A DNA stretch of 64,000 nucleotides from a bacterium (GTDB taxonomy: Bacteria > Zhuqueibacterota > Zhuqueibacteria > Residuimicrobiales > Krinioviventaceae). The DNA is taken from NCBI GenBank assembly GCA_963693055.1, contig OY843751.1, positions 576,001 through 640,000 on the forward strand, read 5' to 3'. This document shows positions 9,986 to 20,526 of this stretch, piece after piece. The notes beneath the pieces were generated by a model. That model searched no databases. It was given only the letters and a program-made list of their open reading frames with translations, and was not told where the DNA came from. The position numbers and the translations under genes were made by a program. Each line of letters begins with the position of its first letter. Position 1 is the first letter of the stretch.

Positions 9986-11140
9986 CTATTTCAGCATATT
10001 GGTTATCAGTTCAACTATATCTCCTTTTTCCACTTTACGTGGATTTAAAGGACAGCAGGGATCTTGTAGTGCGTAATCTTCTATTGCCTGAGCTTTATCC
10101 AGTGGAACATTCAGCGGTTTCAGGTCAGTTGGCATTTCCAATGAGATCAGCCAGTTTTTGATTGCATCAAGCACGGCATATGCATCTTTGTCTGTATTTA
10201 ACATGGTACCCAGAGACGCGAGCTTTTTATTGACTTGCGGATCTGATGCATTAAATTTCATAACCTCAAGCAAAACAGCCGCATTGGCAAGACCATGGTG
10301 CGCATCAAACATAACTCCCAGTGCGTGTGCAATAGAGTGGTTTAATCCCAATCCTTTCTGAAATGCTGTAGCGCCCATAGCAGAAGCCATCAGCATATTG
10401 CCGCGTGCGGCAATGTCATTTCCATCTTTGACTGCAACGGGCAAGTGCTTGATACACATTTCCAAACCTTCTTTGGCAATGCCATCAGCAAAGGGATGAA
10501 AAACATCCATAATGTATGCTTCAAGGTTGTGCACAAATGCATCAACACCCGTAGCGGCAGTAAGCCATGCCGGCATGGATACTGTCAGTTCAGGATCAAG
10601 TACCGCAATGTCTGGCATGAGATAAGGGGAAAAGATGATTGTTTTGGTATTGTTTTTCAATATGGTGATAACGCTGCTGCGACCCACTTCGCTGCCAGTA
10701 CCTGCAGTTGTGGGAACCGCGTAAAATGGAGGCATGTTGTTTTGAATGTATTTGTCTCCACCTTTCATGTCATCATATTTTTCAAGTGGACCCTCATGAG
10801 TAGCCATGCATTTGATGGTTTTGGCTGCGTCAATGGGTGAGCCACCACCCAAGCCTACTATGAATTCAGCTCCACAAGATTTATAAACCTCTGCGCCATT
10901 GTATACATTTTCATCAGTGGGATTTGATTTAACATCGCTAAAAATCTCTATTTCAATACCGGCAGCTTTAAACAGTTCTACAAGTTTTGCCGGAGTTCCT
11001 ACTTTTTCAATGCCTTTGTCTGTTACCAGCAGGCCTTTTTTTACACCAGTAGCTTTGATTGTATTAACCATATCTTTGACGGCACCCGGGCCGTATTCAA
11101 TTTTGGTTGGAAAATTGTATGTATGTCTTGATGTTGGCAT
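9986..11140 (-). CDS. Iron-containing alcohol dehydrogenase
   Basis: GGGSPIDAAK, PTTAGTGSE, DAFVH, HSIAH and HHG metal ligands. Confidence 0.93.
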   Translation of the reverse strand: MPTSRHTYNFPTKIEYGPGAVKDMVNTIKATGVKKGLLVTDKGIEKVGTPAKLVELFKAAGIEIEIFSDVKSNPTDENVYNGAEVYKSCGAEFIVGLGGGSPIDAAKTIKCMATHEGPLEKYDDMKGGDKYIQNNMPPFYAVPTTAGTGSEVGRSSVITILKNNTKTIIFSPYLMPDIAVLDPELTVSMPAWLTAATGVDAFVHNLEAYIMDVFHPFADGIAKEGLEMCIKHLPVAVKDGNDIAARGNMLMASAMGATAFQKGLGLNHSIAHALGVMFDAHHGLANAAVLLEVMKFNASDPQVNKKLASLGTMLNTDKDAYAVLDAIKNWLISLEMPTDLKPLNVPLDKAQAIEDYALQDPCCPLNPRKVEKGDIVELITNMLK

Positions 11141-11191
11141 TTTTCAACTCCTGTATATACGTTATGGTTATATAAAAATAAATAACTGAAA

Positions 11192-12580
11192 TCAAACTTT
11201 AACGCGCAGGTGAAAAGATTTTGGACGGGTTAAATGTTCGTAACCCAGTTGTGATAATGTGCATCCTCGTCCTGTATCTTTAACGCCTACCCATGGGAGA
11301 TAGGGATCCAGGTAATCACAGCGATTCATAAACAGGGTGCCGGTATCTACTCGGTCACCGAGTTCAAGAGCTCTGTCTTCATCCTGGGTCCAGATAGATG
11401 CCGTTAATCCGTATGGACTGTCGTTCATCAGTTCCAAAGCTTCTTCATCACTCTTGACTTTCATAATGCCAACAACAGGGCCAAAGCTTTCTTCAACCAT
11501 CACATCCATCGTGTGATTAACATTTACAAGAACCTGGGGTGCAAGATAGTTGGTACCCAGTTGAGTTTCCGGGAACAGTGCGGGATCTATTAATGCTTTG
11601 GCGCCGGCTTTGACAGCAGCGTCTATGTGGTTACGTACCAGGTCTGCACCGCTTTTTTTAGCTACCGGGCCCAGAGTCGTTTCTGAATCGAGGGGGTTAC
11701 CCAGTTTGTATTGTTTTGTTAATTCTGCAAATTGTTCAATAAAGTCATCGTATAATGTTTCATGTACGTAAATACGTTCAATGCCGCAGCAGGATTGGCC
11801 TGAATTGTAAAAAGAACCATCAACAAGATTCTCTACTGAAAATTTCAAATTCGCATCTGCAGCTACATAAGCGGGATCTTTGCCACCCAATTCTAATCCT
11901 ACTCCTACAAAACGTTCGGCAACTACTTTTTGGATATTGTGTCCGCCACCAACTGAACCGGTAAACGCAACAAAATCCACTCTAGGATCACGGATAACCT
12001 GTGCTGTAGATTCATGATTTAGATGCAGGAATTGGAATAATCCTTCGGGCAGGCCGGCTTTTTTGAATGCGTCAGCGAACCGCTCGGCAACCAGAGGAGT
12101 TTGAGCTGAATGTTTTAATACAATAGCATTGCCGGCTAATAAACCGGGAACAATTGAATTGACAGCAATGAGGTATGGATAGTTCCAAGCGGGAACAACA
12201 AAAACGGTTCCCAGGGGTTCATGGCGAATAAACCGGTTAAAGCCTTCCTTTTCGCCAACAAAGATGTCTGCCAAGGATTTTTGGGCCAGGTCAAACATGC
12301 CCAATGTGCGTTCTTTGGTTCCGTTAACTTCATTAACTCCATAACGTATGGGTCTGCCCATTTGCCATGCAAGTTCTGTACTTATACGTTCGGTATCCTC
12401 TACAAACGCGTTGATAAATTTTTCAATATATGATTTTCTTTCAGTCAGCGATACAAATTTCCATTCTTTTTGAGCTTTTTTTGCTTTATCCAGCGTTTGG
12501 TCAATATCTTGAGGGCCATGTTGTGCGCATTCCACATACACTTTACCATCAACTGGTGAGATGACTTGAATAGCCTGCAT
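11192..12580 (-). CDS. Aldehyde dehydrogenase family protein
   Basis: PAWNYP, FTGS, LELGGKDP, GQSCC and EESFGP. Confidence 0.95.
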   Translation of the reverse strand: MQAIQVISPVDGKVYVECAQHGPQDIDQTLDKAKKAQKEWKFVSLTERKSYIEKFINAFVEDTERISTELAWQMGRPIRYGVNEVNGTKERTLGMFDLAQKSLADIFVGEKEGFNRFIRHEPLGTVFVVPAWNYPYLIAVNSIVPGLLAGNAIVLKHSAQTPLVAERFADAFKKAGLPEGLFQFLHLNHESTAQVIRDPRVDFVAFTGSVGGGHNIQKVVAERFVGVGLELGGKDPAYVAADANLKFSVENLVDGSFYNSGQSCCGIERIYVHETLYDDFIEQFAELTKQYKLGNPLDSETTLGPVAKKSGADLVRNHIDAAVKAGAKALIDPALFPETQLGTNYLAPQVLVNVNHTMDVMVEESFGPVVGIMKVKSDEEALELMNDSPYGLTASIWTQDEDRALELGDRVDTGTLFMNRCDYLDPYLPWVGVKDTGRGCTLSQLGYEHLTRPKSFHLRVKV

Positions 12581-12851
12581 ATTCTTCTCCTTGTAAAAAA
12601 AAATAATAAAGATATAAATTACTAATGGCTGAAAAAATAAAATCTTGTTGCTGTACGGGGTCTGGATTAATGAAAATAAAAAGAATTCAAGATTTGGTTC
12701 CGGAGACGTCTTTTCTTTTATCCGGAGATATTGTGTATTTTATATTATTTAAATATAAATGACAAGTTTGTCAATATCAAGCATTTCTTTATGGTAATAA
12801 TATTTTCTTAACAATTTTTTAACAATTTCTTAATATTGGACCAATCTTTAA

Positions 12852-14588
12852 TTATTCGTTAATCTTTTTTTTATTGTATCCGGGTTTTCGCTTACCTGGC
12901 CCGGATTTTATTGTGAGGATGTTTTTTTGTCTCTCTTTATCCCGAATTTCTTTTGTAATTCTTAATTTTTCACCCGTAAAAGGATTGGTTTCTGTATAGT
13001 ACATCAGCGTAGACCAGGTTGACGGGGTAGGAGTAAAGACCTGGACTTGTTCCGGAGAAATTGAGAGGGTTTTTGACGCGTAATGTTTTAGCTCGTGCAT
13101 TTCTTTATCTGTGCAGCCAGGATGTGCCGCAATAAAGTAATAAGTAAGAAATTGTTTTTTGCCTGCTGATTTTGAATGCTTTTCAAATTCTTTTTTAAAG
13201 CTTTCAAGTGTATAGGTACCGGGTTTGCCCATCAGCTTTAACACACGTTCATTTGTGTGTTCCGGAGCAATTTTTAATTGTCCCGATGTATGATGGCAGG
13301 CAACCTCACGTAAATAGTCATTACCGTATTTTTCATCATCCAGTACCAGGTCGTATCGAATACCAGAGGCAACAAAGACTTTTTTTACACCGTCTAGCTT
13401 GCGTAAGGATTTTAGCAGATCGGTAACAGGTTTATGAGTGGGCTTTAGCGTTTTACAGGTTTGAGGGAAAATACACCGTTTGTCTGAACATACTCCGGAT
13501 TTTAGTTTCTTTGCGCATTCAAATCCAAACATGTTTGCCGTTGGACCACCCGCGTCAGAGATGATACCTTTGAAACGTGGATGTTTGGTGAAACTTGAGG
13601 CTTCATTGATGATAGATTCCGGACTGCGGCTGATCACCGTACGTCCCTGGTGTACGGCAATTGCACAAAAGTTACATTCTCCGTAGCATCCACGATGGGT
13701 TGGTATTGAAAAACGTATAGTATCCAGAGCACGGATTTTGCCTGATTTTGCTTCTGACGGGTGGGGTTCGCGTTCGTATTCCAGTTCGTGGACCATATCC
13801 AATTCTGATGTGTTTATGTGTGGTTGGGGGGCATTCTGGACCATGTATCTGTCGCCGGTTTTCTGGTACAATCCCTTTGCGGTTAGCGAATCCATGTTTT
13901 GATAGAATGTTTGAAACATGTTGATGAATGCCTGCTTTTCATCTTTGCATTGTTCAAAGCTTGGTAATTGTAAATATTCAGGAATTGGTTCTTTTGAAAT
14001 ATAACACAATCCTTTTATTTTATCTGTGGATTTACCTTGTTGAAGTGCCCTTGTTAGTTCAAGTACCGATTGTTCGGCCATGCCATATAGTAAATAATCT
14101 CCTTTTGCGTCAAACAGAATAGGCCTGCGTACAGAGTTAGACCAGTAATCGTAATGGGCTATCCGGCGCAGGCTGGCCTCAATTCCACCTAAAACAATGG
14201 GCACTGTGTTTTTAAAATAGCGTCGTACTAGGTTGGAATAGGCTATAACCGCCCGGTCTGGTCTTTTATTATTGACGCCGCCGGGTGTATAATCATCCTG
14301 CTGGCGACGTTTTTTTGTTGCGGTATAATTTGCCACCATAGAATCTACACTACCGCCGCTGACTCCCCAAAACAGTTCAGGTTCGCCCAAGCGGGTAATG
14401 TCATCTGGAGATTGAATGTCCGGCTGCGCAATAATGCCCACACGAAATCCGTGTTTAACCAGCCATTTGCCAATTACAGCAATGCCTATAAAAGGACTGT
14501 CGATATAACTGTCACCACTGATTAAAATAACATCAAGCTTTTTCCAGCCCAGTGCAAGAGCTTCTTTTTTTGTCATGGGTAAAAACAT
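12852..14588 (-). CDS. ygiQ: YgiQ-family (UPF0313) radical SAM protein
   Basis: Start MFLPM; GDSYIDSP, DSMVANYT, GGIEASLRR, CYGECNFC and YFIAAHPG. Confidence 0.9.
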   Translation of the reverse strand: MFLPMTKKEALALGWKKLDVILISGDSYIDSPFIGIAVIGKWLVKHGFRVGIIAQPDIQSPDDITRLGEPELFWGVSGGSVDSMVANYTATKKRRQQDDYTPGGVNNKRPDRAVIAYSNLVRRYFKNTVPIVLGGIEASLRRIAHYDYWSNSVRRPILFDAKGDYLLYGMAEQSVLELTRALQQGKSTDKIKGLCYISKEPIPEYLQLPSFEQCKDEKQAFINMFQTFYQNMDSLTAKGLYQKTGDRYMVQNAPQPHINTSELDMVHELEYEREPHPSEAKSGKIRALDTIRFSIPTHRGCYGECNFCAIAVHQGRTVISRSPESIINEASSFTKHPRFKGIISDAGGPTANMFGFECAKKLKSGVCSDKRCIFPQTCKTLKPTHKPVTDLLKSLRKLDGVKKVFVASGIRYDLVLDDEKYGNDYLREVACHHTSGQLKIAPEHTNERVLKLMGKPGTYTLESFKKEFEKHSKSAGKKQFLTYYFIAAHPGCTDKEMHELKHYASKTLSISPEQVQVFTPTPSTWSTLMYYTETNPFTGEKLRITKEIRDKERQKNILTIKSGPGKRKPGYNKKKINE

Positions 14589-14731
14589 GGTATAATATAC
14601 GCAATTGATGGATAAAATGGGACAGAAAAACATGTTGAATTATTGAAACGACGTATGAAACCATTATTATAAATTGTATTTGACTAATTAGAATTTACTC
14701 GATATATTTGAGAAATATTAAGGAGATTATA

Positions 14732-15232
14732 ATGTATTCAAATCTTTCAGATTTTATTACCGATTGGAAAGCAGAAGCTTCATTTACTTTGAAAATTTTT
14801 GAAGCAATTCCTGACGAGTTAATTTTGACAACTGTTTCTGATAATGTTCGGAGTTTGGGGCGTTTGGCATGGCACATTACCCAGACATTGACAGAGATGC
14901 CACACAAAGCAGGTGTGGTAGATGAAGATAATCTTGACAACCTGCCCATACCGGATTCTTTTGCCAAGATTTCTGATATTTATACTCTGTACAGCGAGGC
15001 ATTAATTAAGAATCTTGAACAAAAATGGATGGGAACCGACCTTACCGACTCAATTGAGATTTATGGCCAACACTGGGAAAAACGTAAATTGTTATCTGTT
15101 TTAATTACACACCAAATCCATCACCGGGCGCAAATGACTATAGTCATGCGTTTGTTGGAACTAAAAGTGCCGGGTATTTATGGTCCATCCAGAGAAGAGT
15201 GGGCACAATTTGGTATGGAGGCGCAAGAATAG
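14732..15232 (+). CDS. DinB-family protein
   Basis: AGGAG SD; RSLGRLAWHI...HQIHHRAQ...LRLL...PGIYGP metal-binding motifs. Confidence 0.88.
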   Translation: MYSNLSDFITDWKAEASFTLKIFEAIPDELILTTVSDNVRSLGRLAWHITQTLTEMPHKAGVVDEDNLDNLPIPDSFAKISDIYTLYSEALIKNLEQKWMGTDLTDSIEIYGQHWEKRKLLSVLITHQIHHRAQMTIVMRLLELKVPGIYGPSREEWAQFGMEAQE

Positions 15233-15288
15233 ACTGTTGAATGTTTTCTTGTTATTGAGTTTGACAAAATGTTTTTTTAGGTGGAAAT

Positions 15289-15324
15289 AAAAAAAAACGG
15301 CACAAGGCTGAATTTGTGCCGTTT
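15289..15324 (-). terminator. Rho-independent terminator between convergent dinB-like and yjfB-like genes
   Basis: A-run, then AAACGGCACAA-N8-TTGTGCCGTTT. Confidence 0.8.
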
Positions 15325-15386
15325 AGGTCATTGTTTTTGGGAAACATGACTATATGTGAGCAGTTCTTGTTGGTCTTATTTTGATG

Positions 15387-15581
15387 CTATGCGTATGTAT
15401 CTACATGACCGTTGTTAATGACCTCGTTTGTCTGTTCAATCATTTTCACCAAAGAGTTTCCTTGACGTTCACCCTGGTCTTTGATCTCTTTTAAAACAGA
15501 CATTGAGATTTGATCTCTTACGTCAGCAGCTTTCAAGTCAGTTGCATAGCTGGCCAAATATGTAGTGTTTGTTACGTTCAT
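15387..15581 (-). CDS. YjfB-family putative motility protein
   Basis: 64 aa; ...QISMSVLK...QG..LVKM...GHVDTYA matches the YjfB pattern; a sigma28 promoter lies immediately upstream. Confidence 0.75.
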   Translation of the reverse strand: MNVTNTTYLASYATDLKAADVRDQISMSVLKEIKDQGERQGNSLVKMIEQTNEVINNGHVDTYA

Positions 15582-15588
15582 ACCTTAT

Positions 15589-15615
15589 TTATCGGGGCGT
15601 GCTTTAAAAACTTTA
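15589..15615 (-). promoter_or_regulatory. Sigma28 (FliA/SigD) promoter
   Basis: Minus strand reads TAAAGTTT-N11-CCCGATAA versus consensus TAAAGTTT-N11-GCCGATAA (1 mismatch). Confidence 0.8.
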
Positions 15616-15835
15616 ATTTTTTTTTAGGAAATTTAAAGTTTTTTTGAATTTTTTTTCAGTTTAATTTGAATTCTACATGTGCCATAATCTGCTGTTTTAT
15701 AAGAAAATATGGGCATTTTTGTGTATTCCGGTTGATCTTGGTATCAATATTGCTTAATGTTTTTTAATGCAAATAGTATGTGGATTTATCTGATATTTGT
15801 ATTGATGAAAGATATTAGGAGTTTGTAGTACCGGA

Positions 15836-18800
15836 ATGACAAAAAAAATGAAAAAAGATGCAAATGCTTTGGATGCCAAACGGCTGCAACTTGCCCTTGA
15901 AGCCGCCAAAGGAGCAGTTTTTTATTATGATTTAATAAATGATATTATTGAATGGGACGCAGCCAATTTTGAATTATTGGGTTTTGATAAAGAAAGCATA
16001 GCCAATACTCGAAAAGATTGGGAAAAAAGAATCCATCCTGATGATTTATCAAAAGTTATAAAAGCGATGGATGAAGTGTTCGCTGATAAAGAAAAAGATT
16101 CCTTTAATGTCGAATATCGTATTATTCTTCCGGATAATACGATAAGAAATTTCAATGCCAGGGCCTGGATCGATAGGGATGAACATGGGAAACCCCTTGC
16201 TTTCGCTGGAGTACATTTTGATATTACGGAACAAAAGCTTGCCGAGCTTCAACTAAAAACATCTGAGGAAAGATATCGTGTGCTTTATGAAGGTATTAAC
16301 GACGCTGTATTGCTGGTTGACGAAGATGGATATTTTGATTTCAATACCGCTGCATGTGAAATGTTTGGATATACTGCAGAAGAAATGAGAAAACTGCACA
16401 TGCGTGATCTTTCTCCCGATACACACAAAGAAACTCCCGAATATATAGCCTTGCAAAGAGAAAACTATATCAAAACCCTTGAGCAAGGTCCGCAGCAATT
16501 CGAGTGGGTTCATCAAAAGAAAAATGGTGAACTTTTTCAAGTAAGTGTTGTAAGCAGAATGATTGAAATTAACGGTAAAATGATCATGCAGGGCGTTGTT
16601 CGTGATATTTCTAATCATAAAAAATTGGAAAGAGAACTTTTACAAAGACAGGATGAACTTCAACGTGCTCAGGAAATTGCCAAGTTTGGGCATTGGATTT
16701 ATGATGTGAAAACTGAAACGTTTACAGGTTCAAAAGAAGCATTACGTCATTATCAATTAAAGAACGAAAATGCAAATTTGTACGAGATCGCAGAAAAAAT
16801 TGAACCCAGTTTTAGAAAAATGGTATATCGTCAATTTAAAGAATGTATGAATTCAGGGACTCGGTTTAATCATGATTTTCAAATCATTCTTGAAGATGAG
16901 AGCAAAATGTGGATCAATTCTGTGGCATATCCCGAGTTGGATGAACAGGGACAGGTTGTCAAGATTTTGGGCACCACAATGGACATTACCAAACGTAAGC
17001 AAAATGAACTTGCAATTGAACAGCATTCACAATTTGAGCGTATTATCAATCGTCTATCATCAAATTTAGTAGATCTAAAAAATCTTGATGAAAAGATAGA
17101 GAATATACTGGCAACAATTGGTGAATTTGTTAATGTAGACAGGGCTTATGTTTATTTGGTTAGTAAGGATGGAACTACTATTGAGAATTCACATGTGTGG
17201 TATTCGAGTAGATCAAAATTAAAAGATAAAATTACTGCAATAATAGATCCCGCAAAGTCCCTGCCATGGTTCTGGTCTTTAATAAAAAACGGGAAAACCG
17301 TGCACATCCCTTCTATAAAGGATTTTCCGGAAGAAGCAAAATCGGAAAAGCAATTTTGGTTAGACAAAGAATTTAAAGCATTTTTAGCACTTCCTATGAT
17401 CAATAATAAAAGACTGATTGGTTTTTTGGGTTTTGCGGATGAAAAATATGAAAAGACTTGGGATGAGAATGCTATAGCATTGTTGCGAATAACAGCAGAA
17501 ACTTTTTCTCGCGCTTTGGAACAAAAGCGTATGTATGATTCACTAAGAAGAAGTGAGGAACGTTTCAGGCGTTTGATTAAAGATTCTCCTGTTGCCATGG
17601 TTGTTAGCGATAATAGTATGTTTGTTATTGATGTAAATAGTCAATTTGAAAAATTAACAGGGTATACCAGAAGAGAATTGTCTCATGAAAAGATATGGTG
17701 GGACCTGCTGGTACCCAATCCGCAATACCGGTTCCATATCAAGCAATGGTGGGATAAACTTGTTAATGATGCTTTGGATAATAAAAATTCAATTACCGAA
17801 CCTATTGAGGTTGTATTTACTTGTAAGGATGGAGAGAAACGTGATATTTTGATAAATGTGGCGTTTACCGGTGATTTCAAATTAATTGTTCTTCAAGATC
17901 ATACAAAGCAAAGACAGGGTGAAGCGCTTTTACTGGCCCAACGTGATCTTGCAATTGCGCTTGGACAGAGTGTAGGTTTGGATGAAACATTAAAGATATG
18001 CACAGAAGCCGCAATCAATAATTCTTTTATGGATAGTGGTGGAGTATATCTTGTTATTCCTGCAAGTAAGAGCATTCAATTACATTTTTCTATGGGTTTG
18101 TCAAAAGATTTTTGTAACGCTGTATCTTATTTTGATGCAAGTTCACCAAATGTAAAAGCCATTATGCGGGGAAAGCCAATTTATGACCATTATTCTAAAT
18201 ATACGGGCCCGGATGATGAAATTGCTAAAAATGAGCAATTGAAAGCATTTGCAAATATACCGATTACCTACCATGATAATGTTATAGGTTGCATGAATGT
18301 TGCATCACATCTTTTAGATACGGTACCTGAATATTCAAGGCTCATACTTGAAACCATTGCAGGCCAAATGGGACAGGCAATAATGCGTGTGCGTGCATTA
18401 GATACATTACGGGAACGTGAAGAAAATCTTAAAATGTTTTTCGAGTCCGTTAATGATTTTTTGTTTGTATTGGATGAACGTGCATCAATTTTACAAATTA
18501 ATCGTGCAGTTACTCAACATTTGGGATATACAGAATTGGATATCATTGGTGAGTCAATTTTGACACTGCATCCTCCTGAATTAAAAAATATTGCTTCGGA
18601 GATTATTCTGGATGTTTTGTCTCAAAATCGGTTTTTGTATGATCTTCCGCTAATGAATAAATCTGGAGACGAAATTCCAGTTGAAACCAAAATAACAGCA
18701 GGGCAATGGAATGGAAGAACTGCCTTTTTTTGTGTGAGTCGGGATGTGACGGAAAGAAAACGTGCGGAACAGGCGTTAATGCGCACCAGTTCTTTTTTGA

Positions 18801-20341
18801 AAACAGTAATTGATGAAGCTCCATTTGGTATAGAAATTTGTGAAGGGGACAAGCATGATTGGGAATTTACAATAATTAACAAAGAAGCTCAACGTATTTT
18901 AGGCACAACGGCTGAACAGCATCGAGGGATAGGGAAGAGAAATGGAAATTTTTTAAAAGCAGAAAGCTTTACATGGCAATTTTTGCATTTGGATGGGAGT
19001 GTATGTAATTCTTCACAATTCCCATTGTTTATTACTTTAGAAAAAGGAAGAACAGTAACAAATCAGGAATTAATTATAAAACAATCTGATAACAGCCAGA
19101 TGATTGTTATTATTAACGCTTCACCTATCTTTGATGATGAGGGTGGAATCATAGGAGGTCTTGTTTCTTATACTGATATTTCAGAACGAAAAAAAGCAGA
19201 ACGGGAATTGTTAGATTCTCGTGAACGTCTTGCAAAGGCAGAAGAAATAGGGCATTTAGGCAGTTGGGAGATTGATCTTGTTACGGGTGAGAGTAAGTGG
19301 TCAGATGAATTTTTGAGGATTTGTGGTTTTGAACCCGGTAAAGGTGAAATGACAAAAGAGTTAAGTGCAGAAATAACTCACCCTGAAGACAGATATCTGG
19401 TAGACGAAGAAATGAAACGGGTTCTGCTAGAAAAAGATAAATATAATGTAGAGAAACGAATTATACGTCCTGATGGTGAGATCAGATATACTCATTCTGT
19501 GGGCAGAGTTGTTTTGGATGATGCAGGTAAACCTGTAAAAATTATAGGTTCATTCCTGGATATTACAGATAGAGTGCTGTCAGAACAGGAAACCCTTCGT
19601 CTGGAAAGGCAAATACAAGAAGTTCAAAAGCATGAGAGCCTGGGTGTTTTAGCTGGTGGTATTGCCCATAATTTTAACAACGCATTATTGGCGGTGTTAG
19701 GAAATCTTGAATTGGCTCGTTATAATATAGATTCAGGAGACAAAGCATTTAAAAATATTGTGAATGCAGAATCTGCTGCTGACCGGGCTGCCGAGTTGAG
19801 TCGATTAATGTTGGTTTATGTTGGACAAGGTCAGGAACACTATGTAAAATTACCCATGTCTGATTTGTTAGTAGAAACCTGTCAACGTTTTAAATCTGAG
19901 GTACCGGAAAATATTAAAATCCACTGTTCTTATCCTAACGATAATGATTTTAGAGTACATGGTTCAAAAATGTTGTTGAAAGAATCTTTACAACACCTGA
20001 TAACCAATGCAATTGAATCCATTAAAGATGGAAATGGTGAGATAAGTATTACGATTGAAGAAAAAATGCTTAAAGATAAAACATTGCAAATGAGTAAAGT
20101 ACTTGAAAAACCCAAAGAAGGAAAGTTTGTCTGCCTGACGGTTAAAGATACTGGCAGCGGAATGAGTAAAGAAACCTTTGAACGTATGTTTGAACCCTAC
20201 TTTACCACAAAATTTATTGGAAGAGGATTAGGTCTGGCAGCAGTGCTGGGAATTGTGCGAGGCCATAGAGGAGCCATTTTTGTAAAAAGTGAGGAAGGAG
20301 AAGGAACAGAAGTAATGGTAGCTTTGCCATCCATTGAATGA
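15836..20341 (+). CDS. Cytoplasmic multi-PAS/GAF sensor histidine kinase without receiver domain
   Basis: Repeated PAS/PAC (HPDD, HPED, DITER), two GAF-like segments, H-box LAGGIAHNFNN and ATPase DTGSGM..FEPYFTTK..GRGLGL. Confidence 0.93.
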   Translation: MTKKMKKDANALDAKRLQLALEAAKGAVFYYDLINDIIEWDAANFELLGFDKESIANTRKDWEKRIHPDDLSKVIKAMDEVFADKEKDSFNVEYRIILPDNTIRNFNARAWIDRDEHGKPLAFAGVHFDITEQKLAELQLKTSEERYRVLYEGINDAVLLVDEDGYFDFNTAACEMFGYTAEEMRKLHMRDLSPDTHKETPEYIALQRENYIKTLEQGPQQFEWVHQKKNGELFQVSVVSRMIEINGKMIMQGVVRDISNHKKLERELLQRQDELQRAQEIAKFGHWIYDVKTETFTGSKEALRHYQLKNENANLYEIAEKIEPSFRKMVYRQFKECMNSGTRFNHDFQIILEDESKMWINSVAYPELDEQGQVVKILGTTMDITKRKQNELAIEQHSQFERIINRLSSNLVDLKNLDEKIENILATIGEFVNVDRAYVYLVSKDGTTIENSHVWYSSRSKLKDKITAIIDPAKSLPWFWSLIKNGKTVHIPSIKDFPEEAKSEKQFWLDKEFKAFLALPMINNKRLIGFLGFADEKYEKTWDENAIALLRITAETFSRALEQKRMYDSLRRSEERFRRLIKDSPVAMVVSDNSMFVIDVNSQFEKLTGYTRRELSHEKIWWDLLVPNPQYRFHIKQWWDKLVNDALDNKNSITEPIEVVFTCKDGEKRDILINVAFTGDFKLIVLQDHTKQRQGEALLLAQRDLAIALGQSVGLDETLKICTEAAINNSFMDSGGVYLVIPASKSIQLHFSMGLSKDFCNAVSYFDASSPNVKAIMRGKPIYDHYSKYTGPDDEIAKNEQLKAFANIPITYHDNVIGCMNVASHLLDTVPEYSRLILETIAGQMGQAIMRVRALDTLREREENLKMFFESVNDFLFVLDERASILQINRAVTQHLGYTELDIIGESILTLHPPELKNIASEIILDVLSQNRFLYDLPLMNKSGDEIPVETKITAGQWNGRTAFFCVSRDVTERKRAEQALMRTSSFLKTVIDEAPFGIEICEGDKHDWEFTIINKEAQRILGTTAEQHRGIGKRNGNFLKAESFTWQFLHLDGSVCNSSQFPLFITLEKGRTVTNQELIIKQSDNSQMIVIINASPIFDDEGGIIGGLVSYTDISERKKAERELLDSRERLAKAEEIGHLGSWEIDLVTGESKWSDEFLRICGFEPGKGEMTKELSAEITHPEDRYLVDEEMKRVLLEKDKYNVEKRIIRPDGEIRYTHSVGRVVLDDAGKPVKIIGSFLDITDRVLSEQETLRLERQIQEVQKHESLGVLAGGIAHNFNNALLAVLGNLELARYNIDSGDKAFKNIVNAESAADRAAELSRLMLVYVGQGQEHYVKLPMSDLLVETCQRFKSEVPENIKIHCSYPNDNDFRVHGSKMLLKESLQHLITNAIESIKDGNGEISITIEEKMLKDKTLQMSKVLEKPKEGKFVCLTVKDTGSGMSKETFERMFEPYFTTKFIGRGLGLAAVLGIVRGHRGAIFVKSEEGEGTEVMVALPSIE

Positions 20342-20526
20342 TATCTATGCTTAATAGATGCAAAGTCTCTTGAAAATAAACACTTGAATTGTTCAAGGGT
20401 TTATATTAAATTTATTTAGTAACTCAACCATTCTGCTTTCAAAATGGTACTATAAATGTAACCAACATATCTTGATTCTCTACGTTTGAGTATAACGGTT
20501 CTATTAAACAAATTTATAAAAATCAA

